This document shows positions 9,321 through 20,356 of a stretch of DNA of 64,000 bases, one piece after another (position 1 is the stretch's first letter; each line of letters opens with the position of its first letter). The notes below the pieces were generated by a model. The model was not told where the DNA came from. It worked only from the letters and a program-made list of their open reading frames with translations, and did no database searches. The DNA comes from Candidatus Poribacteria bacterium (GTDB taxonomy: Bacteria > Poribacteria > WGA-4E > WGA-3G), in contig OZ251518.1 of the NCBI GenBank assembly GCA_965242965.1, positions 5,088,001-5,152,000 of the forward strand, written 5' to 3'. The translations under genes were made by a program, and so were the position numbers.

Positions 9321-12300
9321 TTAGCGCGCGTTTTCCTCAAGTTGCCTCAAGGTTTGTTCTAAAAGTTCAAGATAACGGCCATATTCACCCCACTTCCCTG
9401 TCTGCTGCGCAGTTTGCGCCTGCTTAAAATAGCGATTCGCCTGCTCAACGAGTGCAGGCATGGACGTTTCGTCAGCAGACAGCGCGGGAACTTCTGTTCC
9501 GGGGCGCGTCGCCTCCGGCACAGCAGGAGTATCCACGCCGAACATCTTGATCAGTGCCTCGTCAAGGCTTTCACCCCAGACGACGCTCTCTTCGTAACCG
9601 ACAACAACACGCCGCAATTCCGGTATCGCTGTCTTCTCATCTTCCGATTGGATATAGATGGGTTCAACGTAAAGGAGCGAGTTGTTCATCGGCATAATCA
9701 GCAGATTGCCGCGGAGAACCCGCGAACCTTGCGTGTTCCAAAGGCTGATTTGCTGCGAGATATCGGGCTCTTGGCTGATAAAGTTTTCTACCTGCATCGG
9801 ACCGGATACCAATTTCCCCTTCGGGAAACGGTAGACGAGAAGCTGCCCGTATTGCGGAAGATCACACCGTGCCGCCAACCACGCTGTGAGATTCGGTTTG
9901 TTGCGCGGTGTAAACGGCAACATCAACATGAACTCCGCCTTCTCCTCGCCCGGCAGTTTGTTGACAACGTAGTAAGGTTCAACATCCTGCACGTTTGAAG
10001 GTGAACGTTGAACTACCTGAGGTTGCTGCGTAAACGGATTCGTTGACTGTGGCGGCGCGGGTTGCAGAAATTGCGGATCGGTGTTGTCATACAACTCCCT
10101 ACCGACTTCCCACTGGTCTTCGCCCGCATAGAATGTCACCGGATCGATCATGTGGTAATCCCTATAAACGTTCGCTTGGATAAGGAACATCCCCATCGGA
10201 TAGCGGATATGCGCCTTCAACTCCGCCGGCATCTCCGAAAACGGTTTGAAAAGATTCGGGAAAATCTTTTCGTAGCACGCCGCAATCGGGTCCTGCGCCT
10301 GAGCAACGTGGTAAAAGTTAACCGTGCCATCATACGCATCAACGACGACCTTCACCGAATTTCGGATGTAGTTCCCCCACGGCTCTCCATCGCGCTGGGT
10401 AGGCGGCACGGGCCCGAAAGTCCGCCGACGCGGTGTGAGCTCTCGCATGGACAGCGAATAGGGATACCGGTGCGTGACGGTATAAGCGTCAATCATCCAC
10501 ACGAGTCTGCCGTTGTGAAGGATAATGTAGGGATCTCCATCGTAGCGCAGGAAAGGTGCGATTTTACGAACGCGCTTCTTGATATTACGTTCATAAAGAA
10601 TCCGGCTCGTCGGCGTAATTTCGCCCGGCAAGATAATGTTGATTGCGTTATCAAACTTCAGCATGTAAACCAACTTGCGCCAGAACGACGCAAGCGGCAC
10701 CCCGCCTTTGCCTTGATACGCATTCGTGGCGTATTGCTGCCCCTCTTGCGGGTAATCGAACTCAAGCACGTTCTCACGCCGGTTCGGATGCACGATGACA
10801 TACCGGTCGGTGCGTTCACCATAGTAGATACGCGGACCCGGGTCATCGCTGAACCGGTGCGGCCAGTTATCCTCGTAGTCAATCGGCGGCAAGCCTTGGA
10901 TATACATATTCGGCTTGCCGTTATCGATCTCGTTGACAGGACTCAAAACCGCGCCATACCCGTGCGTATAGGTATAAGTCTGTTTATACCAATCGTTTCT
11001 AATTTCGGGCGGGAGTTCGTTGATGTTGAGTTCGCGCGCCGACAACATCACCTGCCGGATCTCGTCTCCAACCGCATATCTATCAATGTCAACATCGTAG
11101 AAGTCATATTGCGAACGCAATTCTTGCAGCTGCCGGAAGGTTCGGCGCAACGGCCGCCAATCCCAGAGACGAATGCTGTTAATCACCGCGGCATTGTCAG
11201 GCCCCGTGATGTCGCTGTAAGCGAGTTCCTCCGTGAGCGGATATTCCTGTTCTGTCACGGTATCCCCCTCTAACCCGTAAGCTTGGAGCGTCGCCTTGAT
11301 GTTATAGTTGATATAGTCTTTCTCCAACTCCTGTTTTTTCGGTTCAACCCGCCACGTCTGAACGAGCGTTGGGTAGAGTTGGCCGAGGATACCCGCCACG
11401 ATGAAGACTGCCAATCCGCCGAAGGCAAGCCTGTTTCGCCGCAAGAAGATGCTGATGAGGAATACCACAGCGCACAGCACTGTAAGCCCGAGCAGGAGAT
11501 ACAAAATCGGCAGGCGCGCTTTCATCGCCGCGTATCCGCCGCCAGCGCGCACCACATCGTTTGACGTATAGAGCAGGTCGAACATCGCGAACCGATAGTT
11601 CCACGCCCGGAAAAAGAGCGTGATGGCGACGAGGACGAACAGATGTGCCTTCACCGCAGGCGGCGGACGAAACTGAAGCTGGCTCGTATCGCCGGTGATG
11701 AGCCCATGAAAAAAATAGACGACGACAGAAAATAGCGTGACTAACAAGAACATCCCGAAGAACGTGCCGCAAATATACCGTTCCAGCGGCATCTTGAAGA
11801 CGTAGTAGGCGACATCCTTGCTGAAAATCGGGTCGCGAGCCATTGAGGTGAAAACCGCTTTCTGTCCTGCCTCTATCTGGATAGGCGTATCCAATTGGAG
11901 CGCGTTTTCTAGCACCGCTGCCACGCGCGCAGTCTGGCTATCTCCGCCATCAACTTGAACGTTGATTTCATCGCCGACTTGGAACTTCTTCGCCTGCGCT
12001 TCCAGCGGCGGGACCGGAATTTCGGTGGCATTGAGGGAGTCCTCTCCTGTGAGAATAGGCGTAGCCGACTGGAATTCCAGTCCATCGGCGTTCTGATAGC
12101 GCAACCAGAGTTCCCACCGGTCGCTGGCGGCATAACCCATGAAAATGCTGAAGAGGACCGCGAGCAGTGCCAACCCGCCGTAAATGAGTTGGCGCGTGTC
12201 GCTGCCACTTCCCAAGGAACCGCCGGTGAATTCCGTGCCGCCCATGAAAGCAGGGCTCAGATGCGCCGGTGTGAACCGATAGAGCAGCGCGAGGTTCGTC

Positions 12301-12500
12301 AAGAGAATTATCGCATAGACGACACCGACAATTATTCCCATGCCGAGTTGTGTCCAGAGGATTTTAGCGTAAACCCCGAGGTAGTTCACCATCTCGAACC
12401 AGAGGAAATCGGGATAGATGTTAATCCACGCGGCGAGACTGCCGACGAGCACCGCGAGAATGATAAATGTGATAATAGAACGTTTCATCCGTGAATCCAT
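9321..12500 (-). CDS. UPF0182 family membrane protein
   Basis: DFLWF, DPIFSKD, IRLWD, YDFYDVDIDRY, YTHGYG, NYIRNSVKVVVDAYDG, GNLLIMP..LLYVEPIY motifs. Confidence 0.95.
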   Translation of the reverse strand: MDSRMKRSIITFIILAVLVGSLAAWINIYPDFLWFEMVNYLGVYAKILWTQLGMGIIVGVVYAIILLTNLALLYRFTPAHLSPAFMGGTEFTGGSLGSGSDTRQLIYGGLALLAVLFSIFMGYAASDRWELWLRYQNADGLEFQSATPILTGEDSLNATEIPVPPLEAQAKKFQVGDEINVQVDGGDSQTARVAAVLENALQLDTPIQIEAGQKAVFTSMARDPIFSKDVAYYVFKMPLERYICGTFFGMFLLVTLFSVVVYFFHGLITGDTSQLQFRPPPAVKAHLFVLVAITLFFRAWNYRFAMFDLLYTSNDVVRAGGGYAAMKARLPILYLLLGLTVLCAVVFLISIFLRRNRLAFGGLAVFIVAGILGQLYPTLVQTWRVEPKKQELEKDYINYNIKATLQAYGLEGDTVTEQEYPLTEELAYSDITGPDNAAVINSIRLWDWRPLRRTFRQLQELRSQYDFYDVDIDRYAVGDEIRQVMLSARELNINELPPEIRNDWYKQTYTYTHGYGAVLSPVNEIDNGKPNMYIQGLPPIDYEDNWPHRFSDDPGPRIYYGERTDRYVIVHPNRRENVLEFDYPQEGQQYATNAYQGKGGVPLASFWRKLVYMLKFDNAINIILPGEITPTSRILYERNIKKRVRKIAPFLRYDGDPYIILHNGRLVWMIDAYTVTHRYPYSLSMRELTPRRRTFGPVPPTQRDGEPWGNYIRNSVKVVVDAYDGTVNFYHVAQAQDPIAACYEKIFPNLFKPFSEMPAELKAHIRYPMGMFLIQANVYRDYHMIDPVTFYAGEDQWEVGRELYDNTDPQFLQPAPPQSTNPFTQQPQVVQRSPSNVQDVEPYYVVNKLPGEEKAEFMLMLPFTPRNKPNLTAWLAARCDLPQYGQLLVYRFPKGKLVSGPMQVENFISQEPDISQQISLWNTQGSRVLRGNLLIMPMNNSLLYVEPIYIQSEDEKTAIPELRRVVVGYEESVVWGESLDEALIKMFGVDTPAVPEATRPGTEVPALSADETSMPALVEQANRYFKQAQTAQQTGKWGEYGRYLELLEQTLRQLEENAR

Positions 12501-12637
12501 AAGTCTCCTATAAGCATTTTTAAGATAGACAGAGAACGAATCTAGTAGGTGCGGTTTGCAACCGCGCGGGCTTCAGTCAAGCGCGCGTTCCAAGCGCGCC
12601 TACCAGTCCTTATACCTCTTGCCTGTGCCTCCTGCAT

Positions 12638-15604
12638 TCAAAAAGCTTGTCCTAACCCTAAATGGTATTTAAAACCGGGCTCCAATCGTGTCAAATCGGT
12701 ATTTCGCGCCGCGGCGAAGTCAATGGAAAACAGCCCCAGCTGCAAGCGCAGCCCTAACCCGAGCGATGCTTTCACATCGCCAAGCCGGATGCGGTTGTTC
12801 TCCCAGTGAAAAATCTCAAACGGATTGTCCGAACCGTACTGCCAGTCAGACCAGGCACCGCCAATATCGGCGAAGATAATCCCTCGGATGCCGCCAATTG
12901 TCCATTGGATAGGCCAGCCGAAATGGAGAATGTCGATAAACGGAATGCGCACCTCAGCGTTGAGCAAACCGATGCGTGTCCCGACAAACTCTTCATACTG
13001 ATACCCGCGGATAGTATCAATACCGCCGAGGTAGAAGTAGGAACGCGCGTCGCCGAAACTACCTCCCCATAAAAGCCGCAACGCCAGCGTTGAACGCCTG
13101 CCGAGGCTGAGATAGCGGCGCGCGTCAAAAACAACGTTCGTGAACGATAACTCGCTGCCAAGCGCGGGGAACGAACGTTCCACTTCCAAGCGATAGCGCG
13201 CGCCGGTATACGGATAGAACTCTCGCCACATCGTCGTATCCCCAACGAATGCCACCGAACCGACAGAAAGTAACCCGCGGTTATCGTAAGGATCCAGCGG
13301 TTCACTCGTCTGGAAGTTGAACAGAAATGGCTTGGTAAACATTGAGAAACCGAAGTCAATCCGGCGATACCGGTCAAACGGATAGGAGAGATACCCACCC
13401 ATCCCAGTAATTCGTTGTAAAATGCCGCGGCGACTCCGAATCGCACCTAACACATGGTATTCATGATAGTTGTAGACGCTCGCGCCCATATCGGCGCGAT
13501 GCGTCAGGAGGCCATATTGCGCGATGAAATTTGGCGCAAGATAGGCGGACTGATTCATCACTTGGATGCCAATGCGATGGTTGCCCAACATATCGCTACC
13601 GATAATCTGCACGCTGCTTCGGAGGAGGCCATCTGCACCGAAACTGAAATCGGGAAAAATGGCATCTAATGCGAAGGACGAGCGCGTGCTGTATTTGCGC
13701 TTGGAAACCCGAAAGAGGGGTGCCTCGTCGCGCTCACTGTCCACTTCAACAACCTCGGTTATCGGCATCTGTTCCTCAACCGGCTCGTCAACGGATTTCG
13801 TCATGTCCATGACACAGACATCGTATTTGCCGTTCTGATACGCCGTAAACAGCAAGGATTTTCCATCAGGCGACAGACTCGGATTGAAACAGCCTGTCAT
13901 CATGTTTGTGAGCCGCGTGAGTCGGTTTCCATCGTCCGCAAGTGCCAATTTATAGACATCGTAAACACCCTGCCGGTCCTCGCAGTAGATAAGCGCGTCG
14001 CCATCTTGCGCCCAGGTGGGACTAATCGCGTTGAACTCGCCATCGGTGAGCAACCGTTCGGTTTTACGCGCTGCAGGCTCGGTGACATCAAGCAGCACGA
14101 GCCGATTTTTTGGCCCGCGTTCGGAGGCATAGACAACCTGGTCCTTCTCCGGATGCCAAGACGGATGCGTATCGTTAAAGACATCATTCGTCAGCGGCGT
14201 GATTTCGCCGGTAGACAAGTGAATAATAAAGAGATCTGTCTGTCCTTCCTTCAAGGCGGAAAAGACGATGCGTTCGCCATCGCCATCGTAATCCGGCGAG
14301 GCGATGTTGTCAAACTCCACATTTTCATAATCAAGTTTGAAGTAGTGCGTAATCTCCCGCGTCAGAATATCCACCTCAATCAGGTAGTTGGCGTGGTGAT
14401 GCTTTGCGACAAAGGCGATTCTGTCACCATCGGGTGCCCACGCGAGACTCCGGCCGAACCCGCTGAAGTCTGTCCGAATCTCCTCGTATTTGTTGCGAAA
14501 AAACTTTCTGGTTATCCGATGCAGCCGTTCCCCTGTCTTCGCGGACATAAGGACAATCTCAAGGAAACCGTCATTCCCGGTGACATAAGCGATGATGTCC
14601 CCACTTGGTGCCCAGACGGGCTTGATGTTATGCGAGTATTTCGCCGCCGCTGTCAAATTCTTTGAAACCAGGTCTGGCAGTTCGCGTTCCTGTATGAGAG
14701 GCCAATAACGTTTGCGCACCGTCTGCCGCCACGCCTTGTCAAAATCCTCTAGGGAGACATTGAGGACTTCGCGGAAAACCTTGTCCAAGTCTTTCGTGCG
14801 GCTTTGGCGTAGCCCTTGCAAGATATCGGCGATTTTCTCGCGGCCGTAAGTCTCGCAGAGATACGCAACCGCGAGTTGGCCCAGTTTATACCCAATGAAC
14901 GGGGAAGTGAGGCGGTTGAAATTATGCAACTGCGTGAGCGGGACGATGTTGTTATTGATGCTGGCATCCCGCAGCACCATTTCGCCGATAGCGTCGTTAT
15001 CCTCGGCGAAGTAATCCGCCATCCCCTCAATAAACCAGATAGGCGCGGAGTAGAGGAACTCGCCGCTATAGATGCGCATGTGCGGTTTCTGATAGATAAT
15101 ATCGTATTGAAAGACATGGATGAGCTCATGGAAAATCACCTCACGAAACGCCGCAATCGAACCCGTAAACGGGATAACGACGCGGTGTTTGAAGAGCTCA
15201 GCGAACCCACCGATGCCTTCGTGGAGTTCCTGCAGGATGATGTTCGTCTCCTGAAAATCCCGATGCGACTTGTAAAGGATGAGCGGTGTCCTGTCCTGCA
15301 ACTCGTGTTCAAAATCTTCGCTGTGCTTTTCGTAAGCTTCCTCGGCGATGGATGCCATAAGCGGCACGAGCTTTGCTTCACTCGGATAATAGTGGATGTC
15401 AAAGTGCTCCGTGCGGTGAACGTGCCAATCGAAGCGTTGCCCAGTAATCTTGTTTTTCCCGAAGCCTTGCCCCCAAGCCGTCGTCGCTTGCATTAGGACG
15501 AACAGGAGAACAATAGACACTGGTAGGCGCGCGTTCCAAACCGCGCCTCCCTGACTCGTGCCGCGTTCACCCTGAGGCTGTTGTGTTTTCGTCAAATATC
15601 TCAT
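12638..15604 (-). CDS. Peptidase MA-like domain + PD40/TolB repeats + BamA/TamA-type beta-barrel
   Basis: GQGFGKNKI, TEHFDIHYY, HELIH..WFIEGMADY, PxWxPDG repeats, FYLGG..IRGY, terminal Phe. Confidence 0.85.
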   Translation of the reverse strand: MRYLTKTQQPQGERGTSQGGAVWNARLPVSIVLLFVLMQATTAWGQGFGKNKITGQRFDWHVHRTEHFDIHYYPSEAKLVPLMASIAEEAYEKHSEDFEHELQDRTPLILYKSHRDFQETNIILQELHEGIGGFAELFKHRVVIPFTGSIAAFREVIFHELIHVFQYDIIYQKPHMRIYSGEFLYSAPIWFIEGMADYFAEDNDAIGEMVLRDASINNNIVPLTQLHNFNRLTSPFIGYKLGQLAVAYLCETYGREKIADILQGLRQSRTKDLDKVFREVLNVSLEDFDKAWRQTVRKRYWPLIQERELPDLVSKNLTAAAKYSHNIKPVWAPSGDIIAYVTGNDGFLEIVLMSAKTGERLHRITRKFFRNKYEEIRTDFSGFGRSLAWAPDGDRIAFVAKHHHANYLIEVDILTREITHYFKLDYENVEFDNIASPDYDGDGERIVFSALKEGQTDLFIIHLSTGEITPLTNDVFNDTHPSWHPEKDQVVYASERGPKNRLVLLDVTEPAARKTERLLTDGEFNAISPTWAQDGDALIYCEDRQGVYDVYKLALADDGNRLTRLTNMMTGCFNPSLSPDGKSLLFTAYQNGKYDVCVMDMTKSVDEPVEEQMPITEVVEVDSERDEAPLFRVSKRKYSTRSSFALDAIFPDFSFGADGLLRSSVQIIGSDMLGNHRIGIQVMNQSAYLAPNFIAQYGLLTHRADMGASVYNYHEYHVLGAIRSRRGILQRITGMGGYLSYPFDRYRRIDFGFSMFTKPFLFNFQTSEPLDPYDNRGLLSVGSVAFVGDTTMWREFYPYTGARYRLEVERSFPALGSELSFTNVVFDARRYLSLGRRSTLALRLLWGGSFGDARSYFYLGGIDTIRGYQYEEFVGTRIGLLNAEVRIPFIDILHFGWPIQWTIGGIRGIIFADIGGAWSDWQYGSDNPFEIFHWENNRIRLGDVKASLGLGLRLQLGLFSIDFAAARNTDLTRLEPGFKYHLGLGQAF

Positions 15605-16413
15605 TGGACCAGGTACCTGTCCTCGCGTTCGTAGTGCGGCGAAATGCTGCGCGTAAATTCGGCAATCGCGCGCCGGCTAAGCTCTCTCAGCGTGTTTTCC
15701 TGCGGCCCGGCCTGTGAAAAGATGAAGGAGCCGAGGGTATGTGCTTCCGCGGTGCCACGCCGATATGTCTCGTCCCAAATAATCTTCTCTGTCTCCACAT
15801 CAATAATTAGGATACGCAGCGTCAAAAAATAGGTTTTCTGCATGTAATCCTGATAGTTCATGACATACCGCTGCCGTTGGACAGAGTAGCGTTCGCCATA
15901 ATAGCGTCTCGGCCGGCTATCGGTGTCAAACCGGTAGTTTCCGATGATAACCGCTTTCACCTCAAAATATTTGCCGAGTTGACTGAGATGTTCGGTATCG
16001 GTGAGCCATTCTTCGGAGATGGTTTCACCGGTGAGGAGACGCGTTGTCTCCTGCGTGCTGACTACCTCAAAATGCTTTTGGCGCGCGAGCCCGCGGCGGA
16101 GGATAGAAGCGACTTCCGTACCGATGCGCTGCGGCAGTGCCTCGTCACGTGAAACGCTGGCAGACTGCACAAAAGGCAAAACGGCGAAGTTAGAATAGCG
16201 GGTAATGTCAATCTCAGATTGAACCTTCACCGGAATAGAGACGCGCGTGATTGTGCGGCCACACCCGCACCAGAACAGCCCTATGAGCCCTATGAGGACT
16301 ACGAGGACTATGCCGAGGCACGCGCTGACCGGGAAACCGCGTCTACCACTCCTCTTCAGGGGCAAATTCCAATTGTTCGTCTCCATCTTCCGGAATCCCT
16401 CTTCGGCGGACAT
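15601..16413 (-). CDS. Putative lipoprotein, CsgG/penicillin-binding-activator-like fold
   Basis: Hydrophobic N-terminus ending WCGC; FAVLPF and LRILIIDVETEKIIW motifs; start uncertain. Confidence 0.6.
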   Translation of the reverse strand: MSAEEGFRKMETNNWNLPLKRSGRRGFPVSACLGIVLVVLIGLIGLFWCGCGRTITRVSIPVKVQSEIDITRYSNFAVLPFVQSASVSRDEALPQRIGTEVASILRRGLARQKHFEVVSTQETTRLLTGETISEEWLTDTEHLSQLGKYFEVKAVIIGNYRFDTDSRPRRYYGERYSVQRQRYVMNYQDYMQKTYFLTLRILIIDVETEKIIWDETYRRGTAEAHTLGSFIFSQAGPQENTLRELSRRAIAEFTRSISPHYEREDRYLVQ

Positions 16414-16750
16414 GTATCCGGCACCGCCGATAGTTCAGTCGATAATATTGATTATCCGGCGCGAGTTCGGTTGCGCGCTGATAAGCGGCAATAGCATCGT
16501 CAGTCTTGCCGAGTGCCTCGTAAGCGACACCGAGGTTGTTGTATGCCTTGGCGTTAGTCGGTTCCATCACGACTACCTGTTGCCATCGGAAAATCGCCTC
16601 GTTCCATAATTCTGCCTGCGCAGCTCTTATCGCAAAACGGTTGTAGTCTGAGACGCGCGTCCTATCGCGCGATGTCGCGCAGCCTAACAGCGTCAGTAAT
16701 GTAACCGCGGATATGAGCACAAATACGTTCTGCTTTAACAATTTTATCAC
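16343..16750 (-). CDS. TPR-repeat lipoprotein
   Basis: Lipobox LLGC; AYNNLGVAYEALG..AIAAYQRATELAP. Confidence 0.85.
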   Translation of the reverse strand: MIKLLKQNVFVLISAVTLLTLLGCATSRDRTRVSDYNRFAIRAAQAELWNEAIFRWQQVVVMEPTNAKAYNNLGVAYEALGKTDDAIAAYQRATELAPDNQYYRLNYRRCRIHVRRRGIPEDGDEQLEFAPEEEW

Positions 16751-16762
16751 CTCAATATAGAT

Positions 16763-16791
16763 ATTTTACACGGATTCACATTTTTTGTCAA
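16763..16791 (-). promoter_or_regulatory. Sigma70-type promoter for the TPR/BamA-like/UPF0182 operon
   Basis: TTGACA-17 nt-TAAAAT on the minus strand. Confidence 0.7.
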
Positions 16792-16870
16792 GAAAAATGC
16801 GTTTTATTTTTTTTGTGAAAATGCTATTCCCTGTCGATAGGGGGGATTTCTACAGCGCAATGCCTTTCCC

Positions 16871-17870
16871 GGTAGGCGAGACCTCCGCGCAATCCGACGC
16901 TCGCGGGGGCCTGTCTCCCGCGCTACGGTGAAAAAAAACGTGCCGCGGCCCGTAGGGCGAGGGCCTGTCCCTCGCCATGCCTCGATCGGGGAAACGGCCT
17001 TTGTCGGCGTGCGTTTTTCGCGCAGGTCGAACGATCGCGGTAAAAAAAGCGTGCCGTTTACCGTAGGGCGAGGGCCTGTCCCTCGCCGTGCCTCGATCGG
17101 AACGAGAAACGGCGTTAGTCGGTGTGCGTTTTTCGCGCAGATCGAACGCTCGCGGGGGACAGGCCCCCGCGCTACGATGAAAAAACGTGCCGCTTACCGT
17201 AGGGCGAGGGCCTGTCCCTCGCCGTGCCTCGATCGGGAGGGAAACGGCCTTGGTTGGTGGACGATTTTCGCGGAGATCGGGCGATCGCGGGGGACAGGCC
17301 CCCGCGCTACGGGCCCGGAAGGGGTTCGTCTCGCCATGTGCCGTTCGGGAGCAGGTGCTCCCGAACTACAGTCTCCTATAGGTCCGTAGGACCTTAATGT
17401 CTATAGCACGCGCAGCCCGCCAAGTCAGCAAGGTCCTTTAGGACCTTAATGTTTTCCTGCGGCGGTGCGTGTGCTGTCTATTAAGGACCTAAAGGACCTT
17501 AGCGTTTTTTTTCGGTCGGGATTACTATAGACATGCAGGTCCTAACGGACCTGAAGAGGTTTTTTCACGGGTGCAATCGCGGGGGCCTGTCCCCCGCGCT
17601 GCGGTTAAAAAAAACGTGCCGTTTCCCGTAGGGCGAGGGCCTGTCCCTCGCCATGCTATCGGAATGGAAACGGCGTTGGTTGGCGTGAGTTTTTCGCGCG
17701 GGTCGAACGATCGCGGGGGACAGGCCCCCGCGCTACGGTAGATGAGGCGGCCTCGCTCTTGACCCGTTCGGGAGCGGGCACTCCCGAACTACAGTCTCCT
17801 CAAGGTCCGGAGGACCTTAATGTCTATAGCACATGCAGACAGCCAAGTCCTCAAGGTCCGTTCGGGTTTG
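16871..17870. repeat. Large mixed REP-like cluster including AAGGTCC(G/T)TAGGACCTT palindromes
   Basis: Many GTAG hairpins, GTTCGGGAGC..GCTCCCGAACTAC and GGACCTAAAGGACCT units. Confidence 0.9.
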
Positions 17871-17931
17871 AGCAGGCGCGTCTTATAGAGGTGATACGAC
17901 TGTTTTCGGCGCGAGAGTGAACTAGCGGCCG

Positions 17932-18597
17932 TCACTCTGGTAACTGATACCCTTGCTCGGCAAACTTCTCTAAATACTTCTCCCACATCCGTTCCACAAA
18001 ATCCGGCGTTTCAGCGAGTATTTCTTCACTCTCTGGCGGTAATTGATCCACCAACCCGGCACGGAGTTCCGATAAGAATTTCCGTTGCTCCTCTGGCGAG
18101 AGCGTGTTCAGATGTTCAACAAGCGCGGCAATAGCCAGATCTGCCGTTTGCTCTGCCTGGCGGTTGAGCTCCTCGGACGCGGCGCGGGCACTGTCCGCAG
18201 CTGCCGCATCGGCTGCTGCCTCTTCGGCTGCCTCTTGCTTCTTTATCCGAGCTTCCTCCAATAACTGGGTATGGGATACCTCTTCTTCCGATTCAGACGC
18301 ATCTTTCTGGGAAGTGACAGATTCGGCATCGGCATCATTCCGCACGCTGTCGGCTTCTTCAGTTTCAACACTTGACTCGGGTGCGTCGCGGCGTGTTTCC
18401 ACTACGGGTGCCGATTTCTCCGAGGTTGTTGACTTCGCCGGTGTCGCGCTATACGTTTTCGTCTCCGATGCCATCCGCTTCGCCTGACGCGGCCGGAGAT
18501 ACCCGTAATAGACAGCAGCGGCGATAGCGCACAAAACGAGTGCAGAAAAAATATAGATACCCCCTTTGCGTTGCGGGGAACGTTGCCTCGCATTCAT
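17932..18597 (-). CDS. Hypothetical membrane-anchored acidic helical protein
   Basis: N-terminal TM helix, E/A-rich coiled coil, AAGGAG RBS. Confidence 0.7.
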   Translation of the reverse strand: MNARQRSPQRKGGIYIFSALVLCAIAAAVYYGYLRPRQAKRMASETKTYSATPAKSTTSEKSAPVVETRRDAPESSVETEEADSVRNDADAESVTSQKDASESEEEVSHTQLLEEARIKKQEAAEEAAADAAAADSARAASEELNRQAEQTADLAIAALVEHLNTLSPEEQRKFLSELRAGLVDQLPPESEEILAETPDFVERMWEKYLEKFAEQGYQLPE

Positions 18598-18730
18598 AAA
18601 AGTCTCCTTTTTCGGTTATGAGTTCCTTCGCACTTCGGATTCGCCCGGCAAATGCTAGCCGGACACACCTTTCACAGCCACCCCTGACCGCGGCACGCGC
18701 GGACAGGGATGAACTATAGGCGACCACTCA

Positions 18731-19141
18731 CTAGTAATGGTCACAGTTCTGAAAGCCTTCGAGCGCGGGGCCAACGGCCGCCCGAGCCGTTGCTAATGCA
18801 CTCTGTTTCAGGTTCACGAATGCTTGCGCTATGGCTATCCATGATGGCGCGAAAGCGATTTGCCACGGATCGCCCGAAGCCACAGCGTTCGCTGCATCAG
18901 CTCGCGCCTGCCGCAGATTCGCCTGCGCCTGAGTCAGCGCAGCTTCAGCATCGCGCACCGCGTACGTAGCATTGCGCCAAGTGTGATAGAGGGGCAAACA
19001 ATTTCCTTTCCCTATTGGATGTGCGAGAGCCGCTGCGGTGACAAACGTCATGGTGCCGAGCACCATAAGGGTAAGCAGACTGAGCAAATTCACGTTGAAC
19101 TTGAACAGCCGCATCGATTTCCGGTCTAACAATCTTCTCAT
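18731..19141 (-). CDS. Hypothetical secreted Ala-rich helical protein with two Cys
   Basis: Signal peptide ending AALA; AGGAG RBS before ATG 19141; TTGCAT-17-TATCAT upstream. Confidence 0.65.
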   Translation of the reverse strand: MRRLLDRKSMRLFKFNVNLLSLLTLMVLGTMTFVTAAALAHPIGKGNCLPLYHTWRNATYAVRDAEAALTQAQANLRQARADAANAVASGDPWQIAFAPSWIAIAQAFVNLKQSALATARAAVGPALEGFQNCDHY

Positions 19142-19386
19142 GATTCTTTCTCCTATCTCATGCTCCCTCTTGGGGAGCGGAAGGGATTTTTGACAATGCA
19201 ACTACATTCCAATCGCTGGCAGTTGCATGCCCTATGATAATACACGCGCACGCAGAATGCAAGAAAAACCAATTTTCCCAAACTATCAGGTGGCATGTCA
19301 TTTCTGCTTGCTTATGTTATTATACACCCCACCTGCGAAAAAGTTCCCGAAAAAACGCAATTTCTTCAATGTGCAGCAAAATACCC

Positions 19387-20010
19387 GGTAGGAGAGACCT
19401 CCTGGTCTTGATGCAGTAAGGCGGCGCGCCTACCGGAGCAGCATCGGCAGAAGGGCCCCTTTCACCGTAGGGCGAAGTCTGTCCCTCGCCATCGCTAGCG
19501 CAATCCAACGATCGCGGGGGACAGGCCCCCGCGCTACGATAAAAAACGCCACCCCCTCACCGTAGGGCGAGGGCCTGTCCCTCGCCATTGTCCGCGCGAT
19601 GGAAAAAACGTCTCTTAGGTCCGTAGGACCTTAATGTCTATAGCACGTGAGGCTGCGAGGAACGCTAAGGTCCTTTAGGTCCTTAATGTGTTTTGCCATG
19701 CGTCGCGTTTTTTTATTAAGGACCTAAAGGACCTTGAAAACGGGCCGGCACGTTTTTCTATAGACATTAAGGACCTAAAGAACCTAAGACAGCATCTTGA
19801 CAATGGTCATCGCGGGGGACAGGCCCCCGCGCTACGATAAAAAAAACGGTTCTTGAGCCATCGCGGGGGAAACCCGCTCGGATGCGCGTGTGGCATCCGA
19901 GGGCCCACGCGCCACGGGAAAATCAAGACCCGGAGGGCTCTCCTACGGAGGGGAATCGAGACCAGGAGGTCTCTCCTACCGGGAAGAAATCGAGGTATGA
20001 AACACCCTCA
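19387..20010. repeat. Mixed REP-like cluster ending in TATGAAACACCCTC
   Basis: GTAGGAGAGACCTCCTGGTCT and other families; terminal motif shared with the MITE at 58793-59327. Confidence 0.85.
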
Positions 20011-20060
20011 AGAGAAACGAAAAAAAAGGATTCGGATAGGGTTTTCACCTCAATCACTTT

Positions 20061-20077
20061 TGCAACTTTTATGCCTT
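20061..20077 (-). promoter_or_regulatory. Possible sigma54 -24/-12 site
   Basis: AAGGCATAAAAGTTGCA (GG-N10-GC); overlaps a + strand TTGCAA-17-TAAAAT promoter. Confidence 0.4.
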
Positions 20078-20356
20078 GCAAAGAATCTGTTTTTATGCTA
20101 AAATTATCCCAAAGTGTCATGACAATTTAAGCCCACCTCTGTAGTCCGGGAGTGCCCGCTCCCGAACGGGTCAAGATCAGGCGATCTTGACCTACAGGAG
20201 TGATGCGGTCTGCCACCAAAACGCATGGCGAGGGAAACCCGCTCGCCTGCGCGTGTGGCACCCGAGGGCCCCAAACCCTACGATGAAGGGGGGGCTTTCT
20301 GCCGCCGCGGCTAACGAAATATGAAACACCCTCAATTTAAGGAGAACCCCACAACA

